A stretch of DNA of 64,000 nt from Camelus dromedarius (Eukaryota): the NCBI RefSeq assembly GCF_036321535.1, contig NC_087438.1, positions 1,118,001 to 1,182,000 on the forward strand. Direction: 5' to 3'. The notes beneath the pieces were generated by a model. It did no database searches. It was not told the origin of the DNA and saw only the letters and a list, made by a program, of their open reading frames with translations. Below, piece after piece: positions 48,541 through 61,736 of the stretch. The first letter of the stretch is position 1, and the number at the start of each line of letters is the position of its first letter. Both the position numbers and the translations under genes were made by a program.

Positions 48541-49369
48541 CCCACATCCAAGCACAGAGGTTCTCGAAAAACTTCCTCACATGAGGGACTGACACCAAGT
48601 GCAGCCCCAGCTAAGACTGTCCCTCACCCACGTCGCCCGCGACTTCCGCCCCCTCAGGAGCACCGCTGGGCCCAGTGACCGCCGCGGACAGCAACCATAT
48701 GTTTAAAAATTACTCTTTACCTGCTTTAAAGGTAAACACTTACTTGGAATTCCAGCGTATGCCCTCGGGAGCCTGGGACACGGCCTGCGGGCCGCCGGGT
48801 CTGTGTCCTGCGGCTTCAGAGAGCGGCTCGGCCGTTCTGTCTCCCGCGTGCAGACCCTCCACCTCTCTGGACGCAGAAACGCTCTGCTCTGCTTTGAGGC
48901 ACAATCCCCAGCACCTTTGCCTGCAGCTCGCGCCCGGCGTCCGGGAGCTGAGCGTGCCGCCCCGCCGGGCTCCCGTCTCCGTGACCCTCCGTCTGCTCGC
49001 CTCGGCGCCGGCCCCGCCTGTCAGCCAGGCTGACCCGGGGGTGCTCGTCCCTAACGCCCCTCTGTGCCCCCCGCCCCCTCTGCGCTGTGGGCCGCTCCAC
49101 AGAACAGGCCCCTTTAGAGGCCTCCTTAAGAGAATTTAGATTCTTTTTCCAATTTTCTTTTAAGTCCTAGCTGCTTGAAGCAGGTGAGCGGCAAGAACTT
49201 ACTCAGCGTCTGCCCTTTAGCCCTGGTCTCGCGTCATCCAAATGCGCTGGTTTTGCCAGCGTCAGTGAAGACAACGAACTGTCATCCGAGCAACTGGAAG
49301 TATTTGTATAAGGACAGTGACCCCTTCACACAGGCGGTTGAGCTGTAGTTTAGACATTTTAAGTAACAT

Positions 49370-50102
49370 GCTTGCATTTTTTTGAATTAGAGTTCCCTCT
49401 GGATATATGCCCAGGAGTGGGATTGCTGGATCACATGGTAAGTCTATTTTTAGTTTTTTGAGGAATCTCCATTCTGTTTTCCATAATGGCTGCACCAAAC
49501 TGCGTTCCCACCAGCACTGTTTTCACAGCAGCACTGTTTACAGCAGCCAAGACATAAAAGCAACATAAATGTCCATCGACAGATGACTGGATAAAGTTGT
49601 GGTGTATTTATACAATGGAGCACTACTCAGCCATAAAAAATATAAAATAAAGCCATTTGCAGCAACATGGATGGACCTGGAAATTGTCATTCTAAGTGAA
49701 GTGAGCCAGAGAGAGGGAGAAAACATGCCATATGGTATCACTCATGTGGAATCTGAGAAAGAAAGAAACAAAGGAAGGAAGACAGTAATGAACTCACCCA
49801 CAAAACAGAAACAGACGCACAGACGTAGTGAACAACCATGGTTACCAGGGGAAAGGTGGTGGGAAGGGATGATTTGGGAGCTTGAGATTTGCAAATGTTA
49901 ACCATTATGTATAAAAATAGATTAAAAAACAAATTTCTTCTGTATAACACAGGGAACTATATTCAACATCTTGTAATAACCTTAATGAAAAAGAATATGA
50001 AAACAAATCTATGTATTATATACATGAATGACTGAGACAGGATGCTGGACACCAGAGACTGACACGTTGTAGACTGACTAGACTTCAATTAAAAAAAAAA
50101 AA
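49370..50102 (+). mobile_element. LINE-1 insertion with 5' inversion (49370-49520 inverted, 49521-50102 sense with poly-A)
   Basis: Minus strand encodes [32 protein letters not shown]; plus strand continues with PFAATWMDLEIVILSEVSQ, 3' UTR and A12. Confidence 0.92.
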
Positions 50103-51599
50103 GATGCGAAGGTGATGAGAAAAATGTGCAGGTGCACCCAGTCCTGCCCGGCGTTAGCGCCAGCGGTGTGGATGTGCCTCTGCGTAATAACTTCCTGCCC
50201 AGAATCCCGTCCCAGCTCCCTGCAAGCTACCCTCCTGCCTTCGAGAATCTCACCTCTTGGCTCCAGGACGCCTGGACCACCTGCCATCACGTTTGTCCTC
50301 GAGAACCCGGTGGGTGGATGGAAGGGATGGGAGCCCGGCCTGGGTCACTGGGTTCTCATTCAGTGAAGCGAGGCAACCACGTTTTAATTTCGCTTACTTA
50401 CAGCCTTTCTGGGTGACTTGGTGAGACAATAAAAATCCATACAAAAGCAGCCACTTCTCTGCTACCTGGAGAAAGTGTGTTGGTCCTGGGACGGAAGGAG
50501 ACTGACAGGCAGAGAAAAGAGGGGACGACTGAGCTGGAGGAGGGAGGCGGCAGGCCAGCGGGTGCAGCCAGAAAGTGGGGGCGAGTGCCAGACCCCCACC
50601 CGCCATGGGCTGTCGGAGAGCAAGCCTGACCCGAGCTTCCAGGCCCAAGGGGCTGGGCTGGGGCTCTGTCTCTAGTAACTCAGAGGGCTGTGCAGGCCCT
50701 CAGCTTGCTGCTGGCCCCGGGGGAGGGCCCTGGAACCCGGCCAGCTGTGCCCCCGCATCAGATGTGCCAGGACGAGAGGCCGCACCGTCCTGCATCCTGC
50801 GGCTCTGGCTGCGGCCGGCGGCTGGGCGGGCTCTGCTGCTCCTGCTGGGCGGCTGCTCTCCCGGGTACCCTCCCCAGGGCCGGCGGGGCCGCGGGGCTGC
50901 CCAGTGCACCGCGCAGTTCACGCCTCGCGCCTCCATGCACCCGAAGGCCCCCTGCTCTCCCACCTCTAGTAGACCTTTCCTTTTTTGGAAAGAAAGCAGA
51001 CCTGCCTGGTCCGCCACTTCCCACAGGCTGCTGGCTCCCGGCTCGCACACTGACTCGTGGGCCAGCACCCTTATCTCATGCCTTCAGCACCCTCAGCCCC
51101 CACCTGCAAGTCCTCAGGCCCACCTGGACCCCTCGAGGGCGGGGGAGCCACACTTAAAGGCAGAGGTGACGAAATTGGCCAAGGAACAGAAACATTCCTA
51201 GCTGATGAGAAGCAACTTGTGTGCATTTCTAAAGCAAACCGAAAACGTACCCCTGAAGCGCTTCCAGACCTGTGAGTGCAAAGAAAAAGCAGCCAGCCCC
51301 GCGGCCCCCGTTTACAGGGGAGCCTGCAGCGCCTCTGTCCCTGTCTGGGCCGCCACCCACTTACGGGGAGGGACCGAAACACCCTGGGACTTGCAGACTC
51401 CACACAAAACTTCCCTGGACTGAGAAACCTGGGCTCTTACTTCTAATAAGGCGACGGAAGTTTAGCATCTCACAGGCCGTAACTCACGGCGGCGGTGGTG
51501 TTAACACTTCACGCAGCGATCTGCTCTTTCCAGCCGTTTGTGGGGGAGGCCGCCGAGCACAGCGATCTCGGGATGTGTGGCGGCAGAGGGGTCTTACTG

Positions 51600-51960
51600 T
51601 ATACAACGATCTCGTTTCCTAAAGCGGGAAGACTTACGCAGGGCAGCGTTTACTCTGTGAATGCTGAAAAACAAAACGGTGAAGTGGCTATTTTAAGGCC
51701 ACTGTGCAGAGAAACTGTTTAAATACCTGTGAAAATAAAAATAGATCACGCCGGCGATCTCCATAAGGCCGCCTGCAAGCGCACAGAAGCACAGTGGGGC
51801 TGGCCTGGCGGCTGCAGCTGCGCGGTCTTGACTTTCTTTTTCTCCCACGTAATTATGCTGCAACATGAACATACATACACTACTTTTGGTTGCGATCACC
51901 CACCTCAGAGGAAGCAAATACAACACCTTTCGAAGTTTAATTTTCTACTTTCAAAACACG
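51600..51960. promoter_or_regulatory. Candidate enhancer-like unique sequence
   Basis: Non-repetitive; forkhead-like tgtttaaata and gcaaataca, cgtaattatg, HOX-like ccataa. Confidence 0.25.
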
Positions 51961-54689
51961 ATCTTTACCAAAGACAGCCAACACCACTGACTCCTGAAAC
52001 TTCAGGAAAGGTGTTAACAGAAGAGACGTCAACCTTGTCGTTGCAAAGGATGTATATTTCAAACACAGCATCTTGGAATTAGCTCAACCCTGAAGCAATT
52101 CCAATACCTTTTCATAAAAAATAAGTGTTTCAGGAAACAGCTCTAAGTTAAACCTTGCGTTTCTGCATGTCCCTCTCTGGGCGCCCCGGAGCGGACGCCC
52201 ACAGACCCGCCACCGTGGCCGCAGGAGACTAGCGATACAGCCGCCCCGCGGGCTGGGTCTGTGCTGAGAGCTCCTGATGCTGGAGTCCAGACTGGATGAA
52301 AGATGAAGGATGCTGGAGGGAGAGTGAGCGAGAGCGGGGGTACCAGCCCGGGGGCCTGAGGCCAAGTGCGAGAATCGTGTGCAAAGGGGTCTTAAAGAGG
52401 GAGGGGCTTCTGATTTTGTTTTCCAGTCCCTTTTGACTCGCAGGTTGGTTTTGTTCATTTTCTGTTGGGAATTTAAATTCTAGGAAAACTGTGGGGTTCT
52501 CTGTCCAGACCTGCGTCAGGTCGGCCGCGGCTTGTGGCGTGTCTGCCTCTGCGCCCAGGCGGGAGGAGAGCCCGGCCCACTGGGCGGCATGGCTCCTCCC
52601 AGACACCAGGCCGAGGACGGCTTTTTATAGCCAGGCTGCCTCCTCCGGGCCTTATCAGGGTGACGAAAATAACCTCTGAAAGCCCAGGGCCGGACCAGGG
52701 GGCTGTGGTGGTGGTGGTGTTAACATGTCCCTGGAAAACGAACAGTCTCTTAATGAAAGGTGCAGCAAGGCTCCCCTGACGGCCGCGGCGCCCGCAGCGC
52801 CTGGCCAGCCACGTTCGCAGAGGGGACGCTCCGGAGCTGGGCCATGGGCTTCCTGGTCCTTCTCCCCCTCCTTCCTTCCTGGCACCGGTCAGCATGCAGG
52901 TCAGTCTTTAATTGCTAGAAGCAAGTTGGCCATGATCTCAGCTCTCACTGAACCCACGCTGCATCATAAAGTGTAATGCATTTCAGTGTGAAAATGGCAG
53001 TTCAGCTCTTAATAGTCCTTTCCTGGCGTTCAAAACCATTTCTTCTCTTTTAAATGTGTCCGTTCTCAATGAACAGAACATTGAGGGGGATTAAATTTGG
53101 TGAACTTGAGGTTTTATTGTTTTGCTTTGTTTTTGTTTTCTTTGAGCATTGGTTAATTCAACTTCCGAATACTGAGAAGATTGTTACGGATGTAACCCAA
53201 TGTATAAAATTATGCTAAGCTGACTGGCAAATACAAAAAAGGCTTCGTGGTTTTTCCTGGAGGCCATTTGACTATGTGAAAAATATTCAAGTTATTTAAC
53301 ACGACGGGCGGAGGTCAGTAAGGTGCCTGGTTAGGGAGTCTTCCTCCCTCATCCGAATAATAAACATTTCACAATGTCTGAGTTGTGGCTTTTCTCCAGG
53401 TCACACCTTAACTCACTCTGGGGTGTCAGTTACTCTGGGGGTGGGGGTGGTCTGGGAATCCTGGGCAGGGGTGCATGGCTCCCTGGAGGGTGGCCCTGTG
53501 GCCCCCGCTTTAGCGCTGGGCACCGCGGCTCTGGCATTTTTTGGTATTTATACAACATTTAAATATATGCAAAACACTGTCAACAAATGGTTAAAGGGGT
53601 CATCTCAGGATGGTGGGACTGTTTTAGCTCTCTCTTCCACTTCCATGCATTGTTCAAGTTATTCCAAAGAGTGTGTGCAAATTATATAAACCAGAACAGC
53701 AGTGAAGCTGTTTTCACAGTGAGACCAAAAAAACCCAAAAAACTCCCCCCAAAAAAACCCCCAAACCCTAAACCGAAACAAACACACAAACGAGAACTTT
53801 CCAAGCGTCGTCATGAACCGACCTGATGATTTCCTCAGAACGAAGCCGAGGCCCGCCATGCCCGAGGGCTCGCGGGCTGTTAACCTCGCGGGGGGACCCA
53901 GGAGGTGGCTCCCCTTCCTCTGTTCCAGGGCTCCTTGCTCCTGCCGGGAGCAGGGCCTCGGGCTCTGAGACCTGTGATGCGCCTCCACGCCCCCTTCTGG
54001 CCTGGGTCCCTCAGCAGGCTTGGCTGCTGTCTGCCCCTTCAGCCGTGCTGTCCCCCCGCAGGTCAGGACACCGGGCTGAGAGGGTTCAAGCCCCTGCCCA
54101 GCGTCGCCCCAGGAGATGGAGGGAAGCTGGAGGGAAGCTGGAGTGACAGCTGTGAGCCTTCTCGGTCTCGGCTCTGGGGGCACCCGGCAGGGTGGGAGGG
54201 CTTCTCCGGGGAGGCAGGGGAGCGGCTGCAGGTCTCTGAGCTGGTGCCACGCGGCTCACCCCTCCAGCGAGCTGGGCCCCACTGCGGTCTGGTGTGGCCA
54301 GCACCAGGCCAGCACGTGCCTTGTTCTGTGAGGACGGGCCCACAGAGATCCTCCAGGGCTATGGAAGCGGGGCTGCATCCCAGGGGAGGGGCCACATGGG
54401 GCCCCAGAGGGCCGCCCGCCCGGCAGGAGCTCCCTGCAGGTGGTCTGCGAAGATGGAGCCCTGATGCCCCCACGAACCGGAAGCAGCTGCCCAGACAGGA
54501 CCCGGAGATCAGACAAGGGGTGAAAAGCCAATTACTGGGCTTGAAACTCTTTGCGGGGAAAATCAGGTTGAACAATAAAAACAGAGGAAAAGATACACCG
54601 AAAAATCCCACCCGTCCACAGAAAGAAAGGAAAAGGACACGGAAACAAGGAGAGGAAACGAAGATTTGCCTCTGCTGAGCTGCTTGTGT

Positions 54690-57650
54690 TTCTGATTATT
54701 TTATTACTGTGACGCAATCTTGAAAGGAATTGTTTCTTTATTTTTGGTGGGTTCAAGGCAAGCACGTAGAAGCCCCTGTCTCCCACGTGGAGCTGGTGGC
54801 CTGCTCCCGCGCTGTCTCCCTTACTTGGTCCAGCAGAGGTTTTTGTGAACTCCTTAGAGTTTCCCGCACACGGCGTTTTGCCACGTGGGCACAAAGGCAG
54901 CTGCTTCTTTTTCCTTCCCCAGAGGGACGGCTTCTTTCCTTTTTCTTGCCTGATTGCACTGGCTAGACTCTCCGGTACAACACTGAACAGAAATCATGAG
55001 AAGGGACACCCTTGTTTTGTTTCTGGTTTTAGGGAGAAAAGCTTTCAGTCTCTTACTATTCAATTTAAGTTAGTGAGTGTTGAGATTTTTGTAGCTGTCC
55101 TTTATTAGGAAGTTTCTGTCTGTTTCTAGTATTGAGTATTTTTAGTTATAAACGGTTGCTGGATTTTCTGAAATCCGCTTCCTGCAGCTGTTCAGATGAT
55201 CACATATTCCCCCACTTTGTGCTAGCAATGGACTTGATTGAGTTCGTTCATCTTGGTTATAAAACCACTCTGTGTTCCTGGGTCAATTCTCCTTGTTCGT
55301 GGTGAGCGACACTTCCTTTTACGCCGCTGACTTCGGTCCGCTGACACTTTGTTGAGAACCTCGTCTGTGTTCATGAGAGATGTTGGTCTGAATCTAAGGT
55401 GGGTGTTTTATGCAGGACATAACTTTGGATCTTGTTTTTCTTGTTCTTATTTTGTTTTGAATCAGTAAAACAATCTCTGGCTTACAATTGGAATGTTTAA
55501 CCCATTTACATTTATTGGATTTATTAATATAGTTGGACTTATTTCTGCCATCCTGCTGTTTGTTTTCTTCATATCCATGTCCTTTTTGGTCCCCTGTTCT
55601 TTCTTAATTACTTCTTTGTGTATTAAAAAGCCGTTTTCTAATGCTCCATCTTCACTCCTTTTTAATGCTATTTTCCTAGAGAAACACTGCTCTGGGGACT
55701 GCAGTATAGGTCTTTACTCGTCACAGAGCACTTCATGCTAATACTAACTTAATTTTGGCAAAATATAGACACTTTTTACCCCAAGTGAAGTAGCTTCATC
55801 CCCTTCCTCCGTTGTGCTATTATCGTCCGATACTTCATTTCTGAACAGTCTATAATCCCAACAGTGTGGCTTTCTAATTATTGTCTCTAGTTATTATATT
55901 TCAAATAACCTCAGGGAACATTAGAAAATTATATTTGTACTGTCCTTAGATCTGCTTACATGAGTGCTTTAATGGTCTGCTTTATTCCTTCATGTGCATT
56001 CAAGTTTCCCTCTGGTGTCGTTTCCTTACAGTCTGAACAATTTCCTTTAGAATTTCTTCTAAGACAGGTTTGCTGGCAGCAAATTCTCTCAGTGTTTCTT
56101 TACCTGGGAAAATTTTTTTTTCCTTTTGACTCTTTGAAGAATATTTTTGCTGACCGTGGAATGTGTGGCTATCTTCCCCTCTCGGTGCCTCCCGTGTGCT
56201 GCCCCCGTGGCTTCCTGTGTGCCGCCCTCCTCGTGGGAAGCCAGGTGCCCGTCTCATCGCAGCTGTCTTGCACTTGCCGCGTTGTTCCCTCCTGCACCTG
56301 TTAGGCTTCTCTCTTTTCTCCTCGTTTCCAGCAGCATTACTGTGCTGTGTCCCAGGGCGGCGCTCTTCGTGCTCGTCTTACTTACAGTCTGTTGAACATC
56401 ATGGGGGCACAGGGTCTTCACCAGACTGGGCAAGTTTTCTGCTATTGTCTCTTCAGGCATTTTTCTGCCATTTTCCACCCTTTCTGAGGGTCCCATTTAG
56501 TATATATTAGTCTATTTGGCAAAATCCCACAGGCTCCTGTTACTTTTCCTCGTTCTTCTTCTGTTTTGCTCTTCAGATTGAGTGTTTTTTCTTGACCTGC
56601 TTTCAAGTCCTGACCTGCCAGTCCGAACACTGTTGAGTGGATCTTGTCCCTTGGTTACTGGGCTTTTCGACTCCAGAGCCTTCATTGGATTCTTTTAAAT
56701 GGTCCCTGTCTCTTTACCGACATTCTCTAGCTGATGAGTCACTCCCACTATGTTTTCATTTAATTCTTGAAATACTATCTCCTCAGTTCTTGACCACATT
56801 CCTTACGGCTGTTTTAAGGTCCTCGTCTGTGAGTTTCAACACCTGGTCCTCTCGGCGAGGGTTCCTGTGGACACTTCTCCCCCCATGTGTGAATCACATG
56901 TTCCAGTTTCGTCGCGTCTCCAAACGTCTGTCACGACTTGCTGTTTTAGGTGACGCATCGTAGCACCTCGGGGTCACGACCCCCCTCCCTGGAGGTGGTT
57001 GCTGCTGCTGGTTCTGTCTGTTGGCTGGTGGCCTGTCTGGACTAATTCTGCAGATTCTGTTCCCCCTGAAGTGGGTGGCCACTGACATCCCTGCTCAGTT
57101 TTTTTTAAACCCTTATTTTTATATTTCAGCCTGGTTTTGCAGGGAACACAGCTTAGCAGTCAGACGGGGCCTGGTCAGACCCAGAGGCTGTGCTGAAACA
57201 CCTATTAGAGCTAGAAGAGCCCCCGTTGCTTGCTAACGGACCCGTCTGTGGGCTGGGAAAGGGTGAGGAACTGCGTTTATAGAACTTGCCGCGCTGTCCG
57301 CCTTCTGGAGTTTTTGTTGTGTTTTGTTTTCCCACAGAAGTTACTTTCTATTGAACACCAGACACCACTCCAAATTCAGGCAGCCTCTCTGGCAGCCACG
57401 GGGCTCGTGTCCACTGTCCCCCCTGCACGGGAGAAAGTGGACCGCCTCGCTGTGGAGTGGTGGGTGTGGGGTTGGGGACGTCCCGGTAAACACTCGGCAC
57501 CTCAATGCTCTCACCTGGGCTTCTTTTCCTTGAATACGTGCCTCTCTATTTTCGGTGGCCTTTTGTTTGATCCTAAGTGTCCTAGAGTAACGTTTCTGAC
57601 GACGCGGTCCAGTTTTGTCACTGCTTTTTGGAGAGATTTGTCTAGCGTCT
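54690..57650 (-). mobile_element. Large decayed LINE-1 (RT region, internal deletion, ORF2 start, ORF1, probable 5' region)
   Basis: Minus strand NSKRLKAFLPKTRNKT (L1 GEKLKAFPL.TGTRQG region) at ~55000; ccatttacattta (antisense LNVNG) at ~55505; ORF1 EETIAENLPSL at ~56440. The right boundary is uncertain. Confidence 0.85.
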
Positions 57651-58966
57651 CACCCCACCATCCAGGTTAAAATTCAAGATTAAAAATATGTGCTCATGTT
57701 TCTTGGGTGACGTTGCCACCGCAGCAGGGAGCTGGCGGAAATGCCGGTGCGTTATTGTTTGTCCTGAGTCATCTCAGGACTTTCCGATGTATTTCTCTAG
57801 GGAGTCCAATTTTATACAAGACTTTTTCTGGAAATGTGATGTGTTTCAAAGAACAAGACATAGAACGGGCACAGTTCAGAGATCCTCAGGCGCCGCGCTA
57901 TTTCATGGAGAGCGCGGTCTTATTAGGAGTGTTGCCCTGGAAACAAGACGTCAAGACGTGTGCTAAGGATCCTGTGGCACTATCTCAAAGCAGGGTGACC
58001 TCCGTGTCGCCAGGACTGTCTCTGCCTAGAAGCTCTGCTACGTGGCCTGCGGCCGCGGCGTGCGCCCTCGGGCGCTGCACTCCCGCCGTTCGTCCCCTGT
58101 GGGCTGGGTGCAGAATTCACGGTTGCTTTCAAAGCTACCGACGGAGACTCTCTCCAGACCTACAGATGCGGGGTCGAGGGACTCGGGTCGAGGGACTCGG
58201 ATCAATTGCTCACCTCATCAGGCACATCGGAAGCCTTTAGTTTGCTCGGGAAGGCCATCCCACCTCAGATTCTTCTGCAGTCAGGCCTTGGCCCTTCGCC
58301 ACTGACACACACGGAGCCCTAAGAAAAAGCCATTTTAAAACAGAAGATTCTGTAGAAGTATGGCTCGTCTTATTGACTTTATGTCTGAATTCAAAAGCTG
58401 TGGAAAATCCACCTCTTTGTATAGTTATTTTTTTTAATATTTGGAGATAGAAAAACAAGCGTTCATGTTTTCATTTTCAACGTAATCCTTTTACTGTAAC
58501 TTATGTTCTTATTTTGGAAGTAGCTCCTTGAAATAAAAAGTTCTGAAATTGTAAATGAACAAAGAAGCTTAAAGTCGTCCCTAAAGTCACCACCTGGAGG
58601 TAATGCCTGTTAGCAGGTCGATGCGCTTCCTTGGGGCTTTATGACGCTGTTCGCTTTGCTATCGTTCAGTTTCAGCTTACGCTGGGCTCACAGCGTTGCT
58701 TTCCCTTTAAGAGTCTATTACGACCTTTTGCTGTTTGCAATGTTTTACTACAGTTTGCTCAGTTTCAGCAACACCTTTGTCCACAGTAATTTTCAGGCTC
58801 TCTAAACATTTTTTAGATTAGATACTTAAAATAGGGAATTTCTAGGTGAAAAACAGCAAACTAATCAAAGCCCTGCTAAGTGCTTCCCAGCGGACTTCCG
58901 GGGACGCTGGCTGGTCTGCGCCCCTCACACGCCTGTCGGCTTGTGGCTGCATAGTTGGCCCTTTGG

Positions 58967-59207
58967 AAATAAACTTTATTTTTTAGAATAGTTTAGATTT
59001 ACAGGAAAACTGTGAAAATAGTTCAGGGAGCCCCCACAGTCCTGCACCCATCTCTCCTGCTATTAACATTTTCTACTGGAAAGCCGCGGCTGTTCCATTT
59101 CGTGAACCCATTTTGCCACATCGTTATTAACTGAAGCTCGCATCTTATTCGGGTTTCCTTAGTTTAAACCTAATGTTCCCTTTGCTGTTCTGGGACCCCA
59201 TCCAGCA
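58967..59207 (-). mobile_element. L1MC-like LINE-1 3' end
   Basis: aaactttattttttagaatagtttagatttacaggaaaactgtgaaaatagttcagggag...cctaatgttccctttgctgttctgggaccccatccag. Confidence 0.8.
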
Positions 59208-59254
59208 CCTCAGTGCGTCCAGGGCCTCAGTGCGTCCAGCGCCTCAGTGCATCC
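59208..59254. repeat. 17-bp tandem repeat, about 2.8 copies
   Basis: cctcagtgcgtccaggg / cctcagtgcgtccagcg / cctcagtgcatcc. Confidence 0.85.
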
Positions 59255-61224
59255 GGTCAGCACGTCTTGGCTCTGTGACATTTCATGAAGGACGGAGTAA
59301 AATCTTACCAAGGAGTGAAAAGCTCAAGGGAACTTTTGGTGGAAACCTCATAAATACGTCTTTAAGAAGTCACCGCCACGGTAAATAAGGTGTCTGGTGG
59401 AAGGTCTGTGCTCAGGCCCATCTCCGGCACATCTTGTGTGGCTGAACGGCCACCCCGCTGGCCTCTGCATCTGTGACCTGGTGGCCAGGCCTGTGGTGAC
59501 TGGGATGCCCCGGTCTCATCTCACAGCCCCGAAGGGAGGTGACAGTGTGCAGTGGGCCCCGCGATGACCTGAAGCCCCAGTGCCAGGATGGAAGCCCCGT
59601 CCTGCGGGTGGCTGCTGGCCAGCCCTCGGGAGCCAGCCCACCCGGCGAGGCTCACTCCCCTGTCCTCGAAGAGGCTGGACACCGCGTTCTTTAAGCTCAA
59701 GTCCTGCGCTTCCATGTCCGGTCTTCCACCTCCCCCTCGACCCGCACTCCTAGGCACTGGCCTTATCTGCTTACTTATTTTGCAGAACTTTCCAGACGAG
59801 ATCATGGCTGGGCGCGAGCATGATGATTTGAAGTTGCACTTTGAGCTGCTTCCCCACGCCCTGCCCGCGCTGTGAGGGTCACACCTACCTCCCTTGTCTT
59901 TGCGGTCTGATGCCCTTCACAACCAAAAGCAAAATGATGACGCCACCGATTTCTAGAAATGGCTCTTCACGGATGTGCTCTGGGCTGTGCTTTGTCTTTG
60001 ATGTCCATCGAGGTCACGGCAAAGTGATTTGTTCTAACACACCACCAGGTGCTGATACTAAGTGAACCAGTGAAGGTCTAACAGGGTTCTTACTGTTTGC
60101 ACAAAAAAAAGGATTATACTGTCTCGTTAGCACACATCTTGGATTTTTATCTGTCATGACGAGTTTCTAAGAATGTTATTTAGAAAATGTGTAACAACAT
60201 AAACTGATTCCTTAAGGATTCTAGAATCAGAGATTGAAATGTAAAAAAAAAAAAAAGAAGAAATAGGAAATTTTTGTCTTATTTCCAAGACACAGCTTGT
60301 TTCCAAGAAGTCCTTTCTGTCTGAATCTCAGCAGACATTTCTGGCACGTGTCTTACCTCGGAGAAGACAAGAGAAAATGGAGCTGCACTTCTTACGGAGG
60401 CTGCGGGAGAGTTTCAGCCCCTCAGAAATGGCAGGAGGAATTCAGGCCCTTGCAGAGCAGAAGGGAGGTGTGACGTCCCCTTGCTCCCACTGTCGCTGTT
60501 TAACGGGCGTCTCTCCCGCAGTGGTTGGTCACACGTGCCGTCTGCTCACAGACACGTCGTTTCCTGGGACGCTTTTCTTCCGTCTCGTGTGTCATGAGCC
60601 CCACAACCCTCTGCACGGGAGTCATCCCTTTACTGGACCCCCCCACCGCCGTTCGCTCACAAACTGACCTCTTGGTCCCAGGTTCTGGCGCGGTGCCTGG
60701 CACAGAGCGGGGCCTGTTGCTCTTTTGAGATTGTGAATCACAACGGTAGACGTTTCTGTGAACTGTCGTGGACCAGACACACGAGGCAAGCATGGCCTTT
60801 CCCTTCACAGAAGCCCCAGCTCTGCAGGTAAGGAGGCTGAGGCCCCATCACTGGTCAGGGCAGGACTGGACGTGAGTCCTCCACCGGGAGCGACGCTCGT
60901 GCTTGCCCCCCCCCCCCCACTGCAGGACCACCTGATCCAGACCTCTGGGTCACGAGGCCAAACGTCCCTCGGAGGCCCCTTTCCCTCAGGTGACGTCATT
61001 TGCATCCAGCTCAGGGTGACCCTCCAGCTTGCTGCCCTCCGTCCTGGGGTCCTCTGCCAGCCGAGCCATTTTGAACTGGCACCCTGTAATTCCTTCGCCT
61101 CCCTGTCCAGCAACCTTGTCCCACTCCCCACGTGCACCCACTCCTGTGTCCTGGACCCGCTCAGCATCCACAGGCCCTCCCCTCCCCAAGTGACACATCT
61201 GCGTGTTCACTCCTTGGTTTCCAT

Positions 61225-61736
61225 TGTCGACTGAAACACAATACACAATCTGAAAGTTGAGGGTTACGTTTTATTTGGTGGACTTTGTGAGGACTCGCGC
61301 CCGGGAGGCCTCTCAGATGCTCTAGGAGACTGTTCTGGAGAAGCAAGGGAGAAACTGGGACCTGCAGGAGTTTTTGCAGCAAAGACCAGGTAGCTGGAAC
61401 ATCAGAAGGTGACTGTGGATTAAAGAACAGCAGATACTTCAAGGCAAGGAATTCAGCGCTTTTCCGTATATGGGAAGATGCAGGCGTCTGGGCTCACTGA
61501 AGCCACCCCTGTGACGTGCACCTGGGCCGCCCGGGGCCAGGGTCCTGTGCCTCCCCAGCCCGAGTCCCCTCGGGGCACCGCCCGGGGCGGCTGCAGAGGC
61601 CGGGCTGCCTGCTTGTCGGCATCCCGAGCTCCCCCTGCTCACCGTCGGGGGGGTGGGGGGCAGTGGCAGCGGCTGCTGACTTGAGGGACACGGCGGTCTT
61701 TGTTTCCTGACACGGCTGCTGTATTTCTCATTCACA
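61225..61736 (-). mobile_element. Full-length ERV1 solo LTR, MER41-like
   Basis: TG...CA termini (tgtcgactg...attcaca), exact 4-bp TSD ccat (61221-61224 / 61737-61740), AATAAA on the minus strand at ~61270; internal gaattcagcgcttttccgtatatgggaagatgcaggcgtctgggctcactgaa is typical of MER41-related ungulate/carnivore LTRs. Confidence 0.88.
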
